Counted from the first letter of the stretch, positions 9,921 to 18,422 are shown. The stretch is 64,000 nt of DNA from Rhizomicrobium sp. (GCA_035551495.1 DASZMT010000056.1:37290-101289); one strand, 5' to 3'. Numbers and translations: made by a program. Notes: generated from the letters alone by a model not told the origin.

Positions 9921-9962
9921 TGGCGTTCCCCGTGTTCTGTCTGCGGGAAGGGTAGAGGCGGA

Positions 9963-10011
9963 TTGACAACCGCGCCAGTCTCCCTAATACTTCGCTAAGT
10001 GGTGAAGTATT
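9963..10011 (+). promoter_or_regulatory. Sigma70 promoter (TTGACA 9963, TAATACT ~9985) with 8-bp inverted repeat AATACTTC-N10-GAAGTATT
   Basis: Read directly. Upstream of the ArsR-SRPBCC operon; GGAGG RBS follows. Confidence 0.75.
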
Positions 10012-10024
10012 TGGAGGTGTTGCG

Positions 10025-10696
10025 ATGCACAAGATTGCTCCCCTGTTCGGATTAAGCCTGGGCCTGTTGGCGTCGCCGGCGTTGGCCGCCGGCGGCATGG
10101 CGCCGCTGGCCGATTACATGATGCCGCGCGACGCCGAAATCGCGCTGGCCCGCAGCGCCGCGCCGCCGTCGATCTCCGCCGATGCCACGGTCCTGGTGCT
10201 TGGCAAGCAGGGCTACGAGACCGCTGCGCCCGGCACCAACGGCTTCACCTGCCTGGTGGAGCGCGGCTGGGAAGCCGATTTCGGCAATCCGGAGTTCTGG
10301 AATCCCAAAGTGCGCGGCCCGATCTGCTTCAACGCCGAAGCGGCCCGCACCGTGTGGCCCGCGCACAGCGAGCGCACCGATTGGGCGCTCGCCGGAGTCG
10401 CTATGGACGACATGCGCGCCGCCGCCCGAAAGTCCAAGCTCGCCAACACGGCGCCCGCGACCGGCGCGATGTGCTTCATGATGTCGAAGGACGGCTATCT
10501 CACCGGCGCCGACGGCCACTGGCATCCGCACCTGATGTTCTACCTGCCCAGCGTCGGCGTCGCCTCCTGGGGCGCCAACGAGAAAGGTTCGCCGGTGCTC
10601 GGCGGGCCCGGCGATCCGGAGCCCGTCGTCACCTACATGATCCCGGTCACCAAGTGGTCGGACGGCGCGCCGGCGATGGAGATGCCCGCGAAATGA
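10025..10696 (+). CDS. Secreted hypothetical protein
   Basis: Sec signal (SPALA-A); motifs GTNGFTCLVER, PEFWNPK and WHPHLMFY; strong RBS. Confidence 0.75.
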   Translation: MHKIAPLFGLSLGLLASPALAAGGMAPLADYMMPRDAEIALARSAAPPSISADATVLVLGKQGYETAAPGTNGFTCLVERGWEADFGNPEFWNPKVRGPICFNAEAARTVWPAHSERTDWALAGVAMDDMRAAARKSKLANTAPATGAMCFMMSKDGYLTGADGHWHPHLMFYLPSVGVASWGANEKGSPVLGGPGDPEPVVTYMIPVTKWSDGAPAMEMPAK

Positions 10697-11043
10697 CGCC
10701 GTCCGAGCGCCTCGACCGCACTTTCGCCGCGCTCACCGATCCGACGCGCCGCGCCATCCTCGCGCGGCTGGAGCGCCAGGACGGCGCCACGGTGAGCGAG
10801 CTGGCAAAGCCGCACGCGATCAAGCTTCCCGCGGTGATGAAGCATCTCGACGTGCTCGACGACGCCGGCCTGATCGTGCGCAGCAAGACGGGCCGCATCG
10901 TCACCGTGCGCCTCCAGCCCAAGCCGATGCGCGAGGCGATGGAGTGGCTGCGGCGCTATGAGCGCTTCTGGACCCTCAGCCTCGACCGCCTCACCACGCT
11001 CGCCGAGGCCAAGGAAGCCGAACTGCGAAAGGCGGGCAAATGA
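10693..11043 (+). CDS. ArsR/SmtB family transcriptional regulator
   Basis: LDRTFAALTDPTRRAILARL...KHLDVLDDAGLIVRSKTGR; ATGA overlap. Confidence 0.92.
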   Translation: MTPSERLDRTFAALTDPTRRAILARLERQDGATVSELAKPHAIKLPAVMKHLDVLDDAGLIVRSKTGRIVTVRLQPKPMREAMEWLRRYERFWTLSLDRLTTLAEAKEAELRKAGK

Positions 11044-11455
11044 CGAGCCTCACACTGGTGCGCGCGATCAAGGCGCGGCCCGGCATCGTGTTCGATCTGT
11101 GCGTCACGGCGGAGGGCATTGCGCAATGGTGGGGCCCGGACGCGGGTCCTGTCGTGATCTCGGAATCGGATCCGCGCGTCGGCGGCCGCTACCGGCTGCG
11201 CTTCCGCATGCTCAGCGGCGACGAATCGAGACATCCGGTGAATTCCTCGAGATCGTGCCGCCGGAGCGCGTACGGATGACCTGGCAATGGGAGGGCGATG
11301 CCGACGCCTCGCTGATCGAGATCGTGCTGCGCCCGGTGCCGGAGGGCACCGAGCTGACCTTCACCCAGTCGCGCCTGCCCGACGACGAGACGGCACGCGG
11401 CCATGCCAAGGGCTGGAGCGGCTCGCTCGACAAGCTCGCGGCGCTGTTCGCATGA
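11040..11455 (+). pseudogene. SRPBCC/AHSA1 domain gene split by a 1-nt deletion near 11226
   Basis: N-half in the 11040 frame and C-half in the 10958 frame; both match the intact neighbouring paralog. Could be a sequencing error. Confidence 0.8.
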
Positions 11456-11880
11456 CCAGTCTCACCCTCGTACGCCGCATCAAGGCCCGCCCCGCCGTCG
11501 TGTTCGACGCGCTGGTGACGGGCGAGACCATCGCGCGCTGGTGGGGCCCGGACGACGGCCCGGTGCTGATCAGCGAGGTCGACGCGCGCGTCGGCGGGCG
11601 CTTCCGCATCCGCTTCCGCCGCCTGATCGGCGACGAGCACGAGGCGACCGGCACCTTCCTCGAGGTCGCGCCGCCGCATCGCGTCCGCATGACCTGGCGC
11701 TGGACCGAGGGCGGGGCGGACGCGGGCGACTCCGAACTCTCCTTCGCGCTGCGCCCGATCGCGGAAGGCACCGAACTCACGCTCACCCACGCTCTGCTGC
11801 AGGACGAAGAGAGCCGGCTCAGCCACGAGGGCGGCTGGTCGGGTGCCCTCGACAAGCTCACCGTGCTCTTGGAGCGATAG
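11452..11880 (+). CDS. SRPBCC/AHSA1 domain protein
   Basis: MTSLTLVRRIKARP...WWGP...DARVGGRFRI...HEGGWSGALDKL. Confidence 0.9.
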   Translation: MTSLTLVRRIKARPAVVFDALVTGETIARWWGPDDGPVLISEVDARVGGRFRIRFRRLIGDEHEATGTFLEVAPPHRVRMTWRWTEGGADAGDSELSFALRPIAEGTELTLTHALLQDEESRLSHEGGWSGALDKLTVLLER

Positions 11881-11885
11881 GCGTC

Positions 11886-12377
11886 CTAGACCTTATCGAT
11901 CTGCGCGATCCGCCGCGCGTGGCGCGCTTCGCCGGGAAACGGTGCCGCGAGCCAGCGCGCGACGGCCTCCTTGGCCTGATCGAGCGTCAAAAATCGCAGC
12001 CCCAGCGACAGCGCGTTGGCGTCGTTGTGCTCGCGCGTCGAGGCGAGGATATCGAGACGCTTGCCGGACGCATCCACCTGCGCGTTCCCCGGATCGCCGT
12101 AATAGAGCGCGCAGCGCACGCCCTTGAACCGGTTCGCGACGATGGCCTCGCCTTGTCCGGATCCTCCGGCCACGATGGCGCGGCTGTCCTTCCCCGCCGC
12201 GACGTCGTCCGACAGCTTACGCGCCGCGGCGGCGATGATTTCCGGATAGTCGTCCTGCGGATCGTCGACGAACGCGCCGCAGTCCTCGACGTCGTGGCCC
12301 AGCTGGTGGCGGACATAGGCGACGAGCGCGTTCTTGGTCTCGAACCCGGCGTGGTCCGAGGCGAAATAGACTTTCAT
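11886..12377 (-). CDS. rpiB: RpiB/LacA/LacB ribose-5-phosphate isomerase B
   Basis: ASDHAGF, DDYP, GGSGQGEAIVANR, REHNDAN and RHARRI. Confidence 0.92.
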   Translation of the reverse strand: MKVYFASDHAGFETKNALVAYVRHQLGHDVEDCGAFVDDPQDDYPEIIAAAARKLSDDVAAGKDSRAIVAGGSGQGEAIVANRFKGVRCALYYGDPGNAQVDASGKRLDILASTREHNDANALSLGLRFLTLDQAKEAVARWLAAPFPGEARHARRIAQIDKV

Positions 12378-12395
12378 GGCGATACCGTCTCCAGC

Positions 12396-12427
12396 AAAAA
12401 GGCCGGGCGTTCGCACGCCCGGCCTTT
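12396..12427 (-). terminator. Rho-independent terminator downstream of thiolase
   Basis: 13-bp stem aaaggccgggcgt/acgcccggccttt, GCGA loop on the minus strand, followed by a T-run. Confidence 0.8.
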
Positions 12428-12451
12428 CGCATGTCGCTTAAAGCGCTGGGC

Positions 12452-13630
12452 TCAGTTGTAGCACTCGAACACGCCCGCGCCGCCCTGGCCGCCGCCGATG
12501 CACATCGTGACGACCGCGTACTTCACATTGCCGCGGCGCTTGGCCTCCTGGAGGATGTGGCCGGTGAGGCGCGCGCCGGTCATGCCGAAGGGATGGCCGA
12601 TGGCGATCGAGCCGCCGTTCACGTTGTACTTCTCCGGATCGATGCCCAGCTTGTCGCGGCTGTAGAGGCACTGCGAGGCGAACGCCTCGTTGAGCTCCCA
12701 GAGGTCGATGTCCTGGACCTTCAGGCCGAAGCGCTCGAGCAGGCGCGGCACGGCGAACACCGGGCCGATGCCCATTTCATCGGGCTGACACCCGTAAGTC
12801 GCCCAGCCCATGAAGCGGCCCATCGCCTGCAGGCCGCGCTTCTCCGCTTCCTTGGCTTCCATCACGACCACCGCGGCGGCGCCGTCGGACAGCTGCGAGG
12901 CGTTGCCGGCGGTGACGAAGTTGCCCGGGCCTTTCACCGGCTCCAGCTTGGAGAGGCCGGCCATCGAGGTGTCGGGGCGATTGCACTCGTCCTTGTCGAC
13001 CGTGTAGTCGACGATCGACTCTTCCTTCGTCTCCTTGTTGACGGTCTTCATCTTGGTCTTCATCGGGACGATCTCGTCCTTGAACTTGCCGGCCTGCTGC
13101 GCGGCGGCCATGCGGCGCTGGCTCTCGAGGCTGTACTCGTCCTGGTACTCGCGGCTGACGTTGTAGCGCTTCGCCACGATGTCGGCAGTGTCGATCATCG
13201 GCATGAAGATCGCCGGATATTCCTCGACCAGCTTCTTATCGACGTTGTTGGGACCGGCGCCCGGGTTCTGGATCGAGATCGACTCGACGCCGCCCGCCAC
13301 GATGCACTGGCTGAGGTCGCCGCGGATCGAGTTCGCCGCCATGGCGATCGACTGCAGGCCCGAGGAGCAGAAGCGGTTGATCGTGACGCCCGAGGTCGAG
13401 ACCGGCAGGCCGGCGAGCAGCGCCGCCTGGCGGCCGATATTGCCCGCGCCATGGGCGCAGTTGCCCATGTAGCAGTCCTCGATGAATTCCTTGTCGACGC
13501 CCGAGCGCTCGGCGGCATGCTTCACGGCATGGGCTGCCATGCTCATGGTGGGCGTGATGTTGAACCCGCCGCGGCCGGACTTGGCCAGGCCGGTACGGGC
13601 GTACGATACGATGACGGCTTCTCTGCTCAT
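12452..13630 (-). CDS. Acetyl-CoA C-acyltransferase (thiolase)
   Basis: [28 protein letters not shown] and TMCIGGGQG. Confidence 0.95.
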   Translation of the reverse strand: MSREAVIVSYARTGLAKSGRGGFNITPTMSMAAHAVKHAAERSGVDKEFIEDCYMGNCAHGAGNIGRQAALLAGLPVSTSGVTINRFCSSGLQSIAMAANSIRGDLSQCIVAGGVESISIQNPGAGPNNVDKKLVEEYPAIFMPMIDTADIVAKRYNVSREYQDEYSLESQRRMAAAQQAGKFKDEIVPMKTKMKTVNKETKEESIVDYTVDKDECNRPDTSMAGLSKLEPVKGPGNFVTAGNASQLSDGAAAVVVMEAKEAEKRGLQAMGRFMGWATYGCQPDEMGIGPVFAVPRLLERFGLKVQDIDLWELNEAFASQCLYSRDKLGIDPEKYNVNGGSIAIGHPFGMTGARLTGHILQEAKRRGNVKYAVVTMCIGGGQGGAGVFECYN

Positions 13631-13756
13631 GGGACTTCCTTCCCCGGGGGTGAATGGTTATTGGTCGCGACATTAGAAGGGCGGGTACGACGGGTCTAGG
13701 GGTGGTCTAACCACACAGCCCGTACGTACATTTTGACGCGGAAGACGGGTGCCGAA

Positions 13757-14566
13757 ATGACCGATCGCAAGGCAGTTTTCATCACCGGCGCGGCGTCTGG
13801 CATCGGGCTGGGCACCGCCAAGCGCTTCGCCAAGGAGGGCTGGTTCGTCGGCCTCGCCGACATCAACGCCGCCGGCCTCAAAAGCGCGCTGGACGCCATC
13901 GGGCCCCCAAACGGCGCGACCTATCTGCTCGACGTGCGCGACAGCGCCGCTTGGACCGACGCGCTATCCGTGTTCGCGGCGGCCAGCGGCGGGCGGCTCG
14001 ACGCGCTGATCAACAATGCCGGTGTCGCCACCTATGGCTATCTGGAGGACCAGAGCGACGACGAGGTCGCGCGGCAGCTCGACGTCAACGTGAAGGGCAT
14101 GATCGCCGGCGCCCGCGCGGCGGTGCCGTACCTCAAGAAGACGCCCGGCGCGCAACTCGTCAATGTCGCGTCGGCCGCCGCGTTCTATGGCGCGCCGAAG
14201 ATGTCGGTCTACTGCGCCAGCAAATTCGCGATCCGCGGCCTGTCCGAAGCGCTCGACATCGAGTTCGCGCGCTTCGGCGTCGGCGTGAAATGCATCATGC
14301 CCTGGTTCGTCGAGACGCCGATCCTCAACGCCGGCGCCCAGGCCACCAACGAGAAGATGTCCGACATGCTGCGCGACGCGGGCGTCGAGGTCTACAGCGT
14401 CGAGGAAGCGGCCGGCGTGATCTGGGACTCGCTCGCTTCCAAGAAACTCAAGCACATCGTGGGCCGGCGTGGGCGCGAGCTGTCCGTCATGGCGCGTTTC
14501 GTGCCATGGCTCATGCGGCGCCAGCTCAAGGCCTCCAACGCTGCCGGAGACGCGCTGGGAGCGTAA
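13757..14566 (+). CDS. Short-chain dehydrogenase/reductase
   Basis: TGAASGIG, NNAG and YCASK (YxxxK). Confidence 0.92.
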   Translation: MTDRKAVFITGAASGIGLGTAKRFAKEGWFVGLADINAAGLKSALDAIGPPNGATYLLDVRDSAAWTDALSVFAAASGGRLDALINNAGVATYGYLEDQSDDEVARQLDVNVKGMIAGARAAVPYLKKTPGAQLVNVASAAAFYGAPKMSVYCASKFAIRGLSEALDIEFARFGVGVKCIMPWFVETPILNAGAQATNEKMSDMLRDAGVEVYSVEEAAGVIWDSLASKKLKHIVGRRGRELSVMARFVPWLMRRQLKASNAAGDALGA

Positions 14567-14629
14567 AGCGCAATAGGGTGAAGCGCACTTCGGCTTCACC
14601 CGAAAATTGCGCGAAAATCCAAAGAGTTC

Positions 14630-16096
14630 TCAGTGATGCCGCCGCTTGTGCTTGCGCGCCGGCTTCTTCGCCCAGAGCGGAAGCTTCGTCATGTCGTCGG
14701 CCGCCGGTGTTGCGCTCGGCGGACATTCGGCGAGCGGCGCCAGATGGCTCGCCGGCTTCTGCGCTTTCAACACCGTGTCGATGCGCGTCATGGTGGCGGC
14801 CAGCGGACCCTCGGGCAGGGCGTTGCTGTTGAGGGCGCGCTGTGCGGTGCAGACCGTCACCGCCTCGGTGGTCGTGGCGCCGAACGCCGTCAGGAATTCC
14901 GCCTTGCCGTAGATCGGTTCGCCCGCGACCATCACCAGATCGAGCGCCCCCGGCTGCGATTGCACCAGGGCGTCATAAGGCTTGGCCGGATCGCCCGGGA
15001 TCAGGAACAGGTCGGCATACAGTCCCGGCACCAGCGATCCCACGCGGTCGTCGATATGCGCGATCTTGGCCGGCACGCTGGTCGCCATGTCGAACAGATC
15101 CTTCGGCGTCAGCGTCGCGCCGCTCTTTGCCGGATCGAGCGCGGCGGCATAGCGGATCTCGGCCAGCGTGTTGTCGCTGCCGCTGGGCGACCAGTCCGGC
15201 GCCAGCGCCACCGGCACTTGCGCCGCGCGCGCCGCGCCGATGTCGGTGGTCTCGCCGTACAGCTCCATATTGCTGCGCGGCGACCACACCAGGCTTGCGC
15301 CCGCCTTGTGCACGCGCGCGAAGGCCGCGGCATCGAGCGCCACGCCGTGCACGATCGCCGTGCGGCTCGTCAGCAGTTGTGCCTTGTCGAGCAGATCGAG
15401 CTCGCCCTGCGAGAGCTTGTCGCTCCGCTTGCCCTCGCCGATATGCACCGCGAACAGGTCGAGGTCGCCATGCGCCAGCTGGGCGCGGATCTCGGCGGCT
15501 TTTTGCGGCGTCATGTCGTGGGCGAGGTTGTCCTGGTCCTCCACGCCGATCTCGTTGCGGATGCGCTCGGCGGCGCCGCGCGGATAGAATCCGGTGGCGA
15601 GATCCAAATTGCGCGCCAGCCCGCCGAAACAGGCCGGCACCGTGCCATAGCTCGAGATGCCGATGATCGAGGTGGTGCCGCCGATCAGCGCCTTCACCTC
15701 GGAGAACTCGTCATCGTCGCAGACCCCGCCCGCCTTCATCAGCGCGCTCTGCGGCCCGGCGATCGCCGCCTTGTAGCCGGCGTCGTTGCGCCACTGATAG
15801 CGGTTGTCGAACAGCCGCCCCGGCTGCCAGCGCGGGATCACGTTGTACAGCGGGTGATTGTGCAGATCGACGAAGCCCGGAAAGATCAGATCGGTGGTTG
15901 GAATCATCTTCGAGCCGGGGATCGCCGGCGGCGTCGTCATGATCGAGACGATCTTGCCCTGATCGATCACCACCCAGGCGTTCGGCACCGGACCCGTCGG
16001 CGTGATCACGGTGCCGCCGATCACCAGCGGTGCCGCGGCGGCGGCCGCGAACGACAGGCAAACGCCAAGCGCGGCGGCAGCATAACGAGCCAACAT
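14630..16096 (-). CDS. Exported amidohydrolase/deaminase-family protein
   Basis: Ala-rich signal peptide; PGFVDLHNH, HIGEG, IVHG, LAPDW and GSLVPGLYAD. Confidence 0.8.
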   Translation of the reverse strand: MLARYAAAALGVCLSFAAAAAAPLVIGGTVITPTGPVPNAWVVIDQGKIVSIMTTPPAIPGSKMIPTTDLIFPGFVDLHNHPLYNVIPRWQPGRLFDNRYQWRNDAGYKAAIAGPQSALMKAGGVCDDDEFSEVKALIGGTTSIIGISSYGTVPACFGGLARNLDLATGFYPRGAAERIRNEIGVEDQDNLAHDMTPQKAAEIRAQLAHGDLDLFAVHIGEGKRSDKLSQGELDLLDKAQLLTSRTAIVHGVALDAAAFARVHKAGASLVWSPRSNMELYGETTDIGAARAAQVPVALAPDWSPSGSDNTLAEIRYAAALDPAKSGATLTPKDLFDMATSVPAKIAHIDDRVGSLVPGLYADLFLIPGDPAKPYDALVQSQPGALDLVMVAGEPIYGKAEFLTAFGATTTEAVTVCTAQRALNSNALPEGPLAATMTRIDTVLKAQKPASHLAPLAECPPSATPAADDMTKLPLWAKKPARKHKRRHH

Positions 16097-16292
16097 GGAA
16101 AAATCCCTCTGGTTGCGCGAACGGCGCGTCGCGGAATCCTATCACGCGGAAACCGGCGCATGGCGCCCTCGCTTGGCAAACAGCGTTAGCGGCCGGCAAC
16201 CAACGCGCGCACCACGACAAGGGCGCCGGCAAGCAAACACGACGTGTTGACAGTGAAAGTTTGTCCGGTTTGGAACGTTTCTTTTGTCTTTT

Positions 16293-16307
16293 CGTTGAAA
16301 TTCAACG
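16293..16307. promoter_or_regulatory. Palindrome CGTTGAA-A-TTCAACG in the AT-rich divergent intergenic region (candidate operator)
   Basis: Perfect 7-bp inverted repeat read directly; TTGACA hexamers at 16247 and 16354. Confidence 0.5.
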
Positions 16308-16377
16308 GAAGATGAAATATTAATCTCTGTAAAGAAAAGACGGCTGCGTTGCGTTGACAGCCCTTCGGGAGGACGCG

Positions 16378-16791
16378 ATGGACATGGCGTCTGCGCACGG
16401 CAGCGTGCAAGCCCTTTTGAACGGTCACGAGTGGTATCACATCACGACGCCGCTGGATTACGTGCGGGCCGTGCTCTGGTGTCTCGCGAACTTCCTGACG
16501 GCGATCGCCTATTTCCTCATTCCGTACGAGCTGCGCGCGTGGCGTCGGGCACTGCCGTTTCCGGCGACCTCGCTGATCGTGATGCTGTTCATCGCCTTCA
16601 TCGCGCTGTGCGGCACCTCGCACTTCGCCATGCTCTTCATCATGCAGACCGGCCCGTGGTGGGCGATCCTCCTGATCTACCTTCCGATGGCGGCCGTATC
16701 GCTCGCCACCGTCGCGGTGCTGCGTGTCAACCGGCGCCTCATTCTAAGCGTTTTGCAAAGCGTAGGGGCGGCGCTCAAGGCACAGACATGA
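16378..16791 (+). CDS. Stand-alone ethylene-receptor-like (ETR1-type) transmembrane sensor domain
   Basis: GGGAGGA RBS. ANFLTAIAYFLIPYEL and FIAFIALCGTSH match ETR1 SDFFIAIAYFSIPLEL and FGAFIVLCGATH (recalled) with identical spacing. Three hydrophobic helices. Confidence 0.85.
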   Translation: MDMASAHGSVQALLNGHEWYHITTPLDYVRAVLWCLANFLTAIAYFLIPYELRAWRRALPFPATSLIVMLFIAFIALCGTSHFAMLFIMQTGPWWAILLIYLPMAAVSLATVAVLRVNRRLILSVLQSVGAALKAQT

Positions 16792-18239
16792 GCACATCAT
16801 CCGGCGACGGAGCAGGGGCACACTGGACCACGGCACGGCATTCGCTGGCACGGCTGGAGATGGCGACGACGCGGTCGTGGCGCAGTTGGGCCGGCGGCAC
16901 CGGTGCACTCCTGGCCGGCGCGATCCTGCTGTGTCTCGCGGCGCTCCTGGTGAGCGTGAACGTCACGCAGCTGCGCGCCTCCTTCGGCTGGGAGCGCCAC
17001 ACCGACGCCGTCCTCCTGCAGCTCGAGCGCGAGCGCGAGGCCTTGCTCCAGGCCGAATCCGCGGCGCGCGCCTATGTGCTGGGCGGCGGCAATCTGGCGC
17101 TCGCGACGCTGCAGGACGCGCATGCCGATGCGACGCGCCGCATGGCCGCGCTCGGCAAGCTGACCGCCGACAACCCGGCCCAAGTGGCGCGGTTGAAGGT
17201 TCTCGGCCCCATGATCGCCCAGCGGCTCGCGCATCTCTCCCAGGCGCGGGCGCAGCAGCCCATCCAGACCACCGATCCCGCCACCGCTCGCGGGCTTGCC
17301 GCCAAGGTGCGGGAGAACGAGCGGCTGATGGAGGACATCCGCGCCCAGCTCGACGCGTTCCGCGGCACCGAGATCGCGCTGCTGACGGCTCGGCAGGCGG
17401 ACGCCGACCGGCGCGCCACGCGCTCCATCGGCCTGGCGATCTTCACCGCGCTGGTCGCGCTCGGCCTCGGTGTCGCCGGACTCCTGCTTCTGTTGCGCGA
17501 GCGCACCGCGCAACAGGTCCGCGAGGTGCGCACCGAGCTGATGCACACCCAGCGCCTGGCGCTGATGGGCCAGACCGCTTCGATGCTGGCGCATGAGCTG
17601 AACCAGCCGCTGGCCGCCGCCTCGAACTATCTCGCGGCGCTGCGCCGGCTCGCCTCCGGCAACGCGACGCGCGAGCGGGTCGACGAGACCGCGCAGAAGG
17701 CGCTGGCGCAGATCCAGCGTGCCGGCGGCATCGTCAAGCGCCTGCGCGGCTTCATCGACAAGCGCGACGCCGAGCGTTCGCTGGAGAACCCCGCCACGCT
17801 GATCGCCGACGCGGTGATGCTGCTCGGCACGCTCGACGAGTCGATCAAGCTCGAGACCGTGCTGCCGCAGCGCATGCCTGCGGTGCTGATCGACCGCATC
17901 CAGCTGCAGCAGGTGCTGGTGAACCTGCTGCGCAACGCGATCGAGGCGATGCGCGGCTGCACGCGGCGCGAACTCACGCTCAGGGTGAGCGAACGCGACG
18001 GCGACATGGTCGAGATCTGCCTGCAGGACACCGGCCCGGGCCTGCCGAAGGAGGTCGCGGCACGGCTGTTCCAGCCCTTCGTCACGAGCAAGAAGGAAGG
18101 CATGGGCGTCGGGCTATCGATCTGCCACAGCATCGTCGTCGATCACGGCGGACGGATCTGGGCCCAGGACGCGCCCGGCGGCGGCACGCTGTTCTGCTTC
18201 ACGCTGCCCTCCGTCGAAGAGGCGCGCGAGGCGGCTTGA
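16788..18239 (+). CDS. CHASE3 sensor histidine kinase (FixL/NtrB-like transmitter); start may be 16860
   Basis: TM-CHASE3 (LTADNPAQVARL)-TM; H-box AHELNQPL; N-box NLLRNAIEA; DTGPG; FQPFVTSK; GMGVGL. Confidence 0.9.
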   Translation: MSTSSGDGAGAHWTTARHSLARLEMATTRSWRSWAGGTGALLAGAILLCLAALLVSVNVTQLRASFGWERHTDAVLLQLEREREALLQAESAARAYVLGGGNLALATLQDAHADATRRMAALGKLTADNPAQVARLKVLGPMIAQRLAHLSQARAQQPIQTTDPATARGLAAKVRENERLMEDIRAQLDAFRGTEIALLTARQADADRRATRSIGLAIFTALVALGLGVAGLLLLLRERTAQQVREVRTELMHTQRLALMGQTASMLAHELNQPLAAASNYLAALRRLASGNATRERVDETAQKALAQIQRAGGIVKRLRGFIDKRDAERSLENPATLIADAVMLLGTLDESIKLETVLPQRMPAVLIDRIQLQQVLVNLLRNAIEAMRGCTRRELTLRVSERDGDMVEICLQDTGPGLPKEVAARLFQPFVTSKKEGMGVGLSICHSIVVDHGGRIWAQDAPGGGTLFCFTLPSVEEAREAA

Positions 18240-18347
18240 TCCAAACCCGTCATCCGCCGCATTCGCGGCGGACGACATCTGATTTCATTGGCAGACATTC
18301 AGTCCAGGCGCTAAACTCCCCGCGTTCAACCCGTCCCAGGAGGCGCC

Positions 18348-18422
18348 ATGTCCACCGCAAGCCGCCGCGCAGTCGCGCGATGGGCGGGCGTGCGCGCCGC
18401 CGGCCTCACCTTCTTTTACTGA
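18348..18422 (+). CDS. Putative 24-aa small ORF
   Basis: AGGAGG 4 nt before ATG; MSTASRRAVARWAGVRAAGLTFFY. No family recognised. Confidence 0.3.
   Translation: MSTASRRAVARWAGVRAAGLTFFY

Noticed and set aside
11215-11235. Programmed frameshift in SRPBCC copy 1
   Set aside because: No slippery heptamer or obvious stimulatory structure; a mutation or sequencing error is more parsimonious.
16176-16195. TGGCA...TTAGC as a sigma54 promoter
   Set aside because: The GG-to-GC spacing does not fit -24/-12.
16296-16305. TTGAAATTCAA as an FNR/FixK box upstream of a FixL-like kinase
   Set aside because: The spacing is TTGA-N3-TCAA, not the TTGA-N6-TCAA of FNR/FixK sites.
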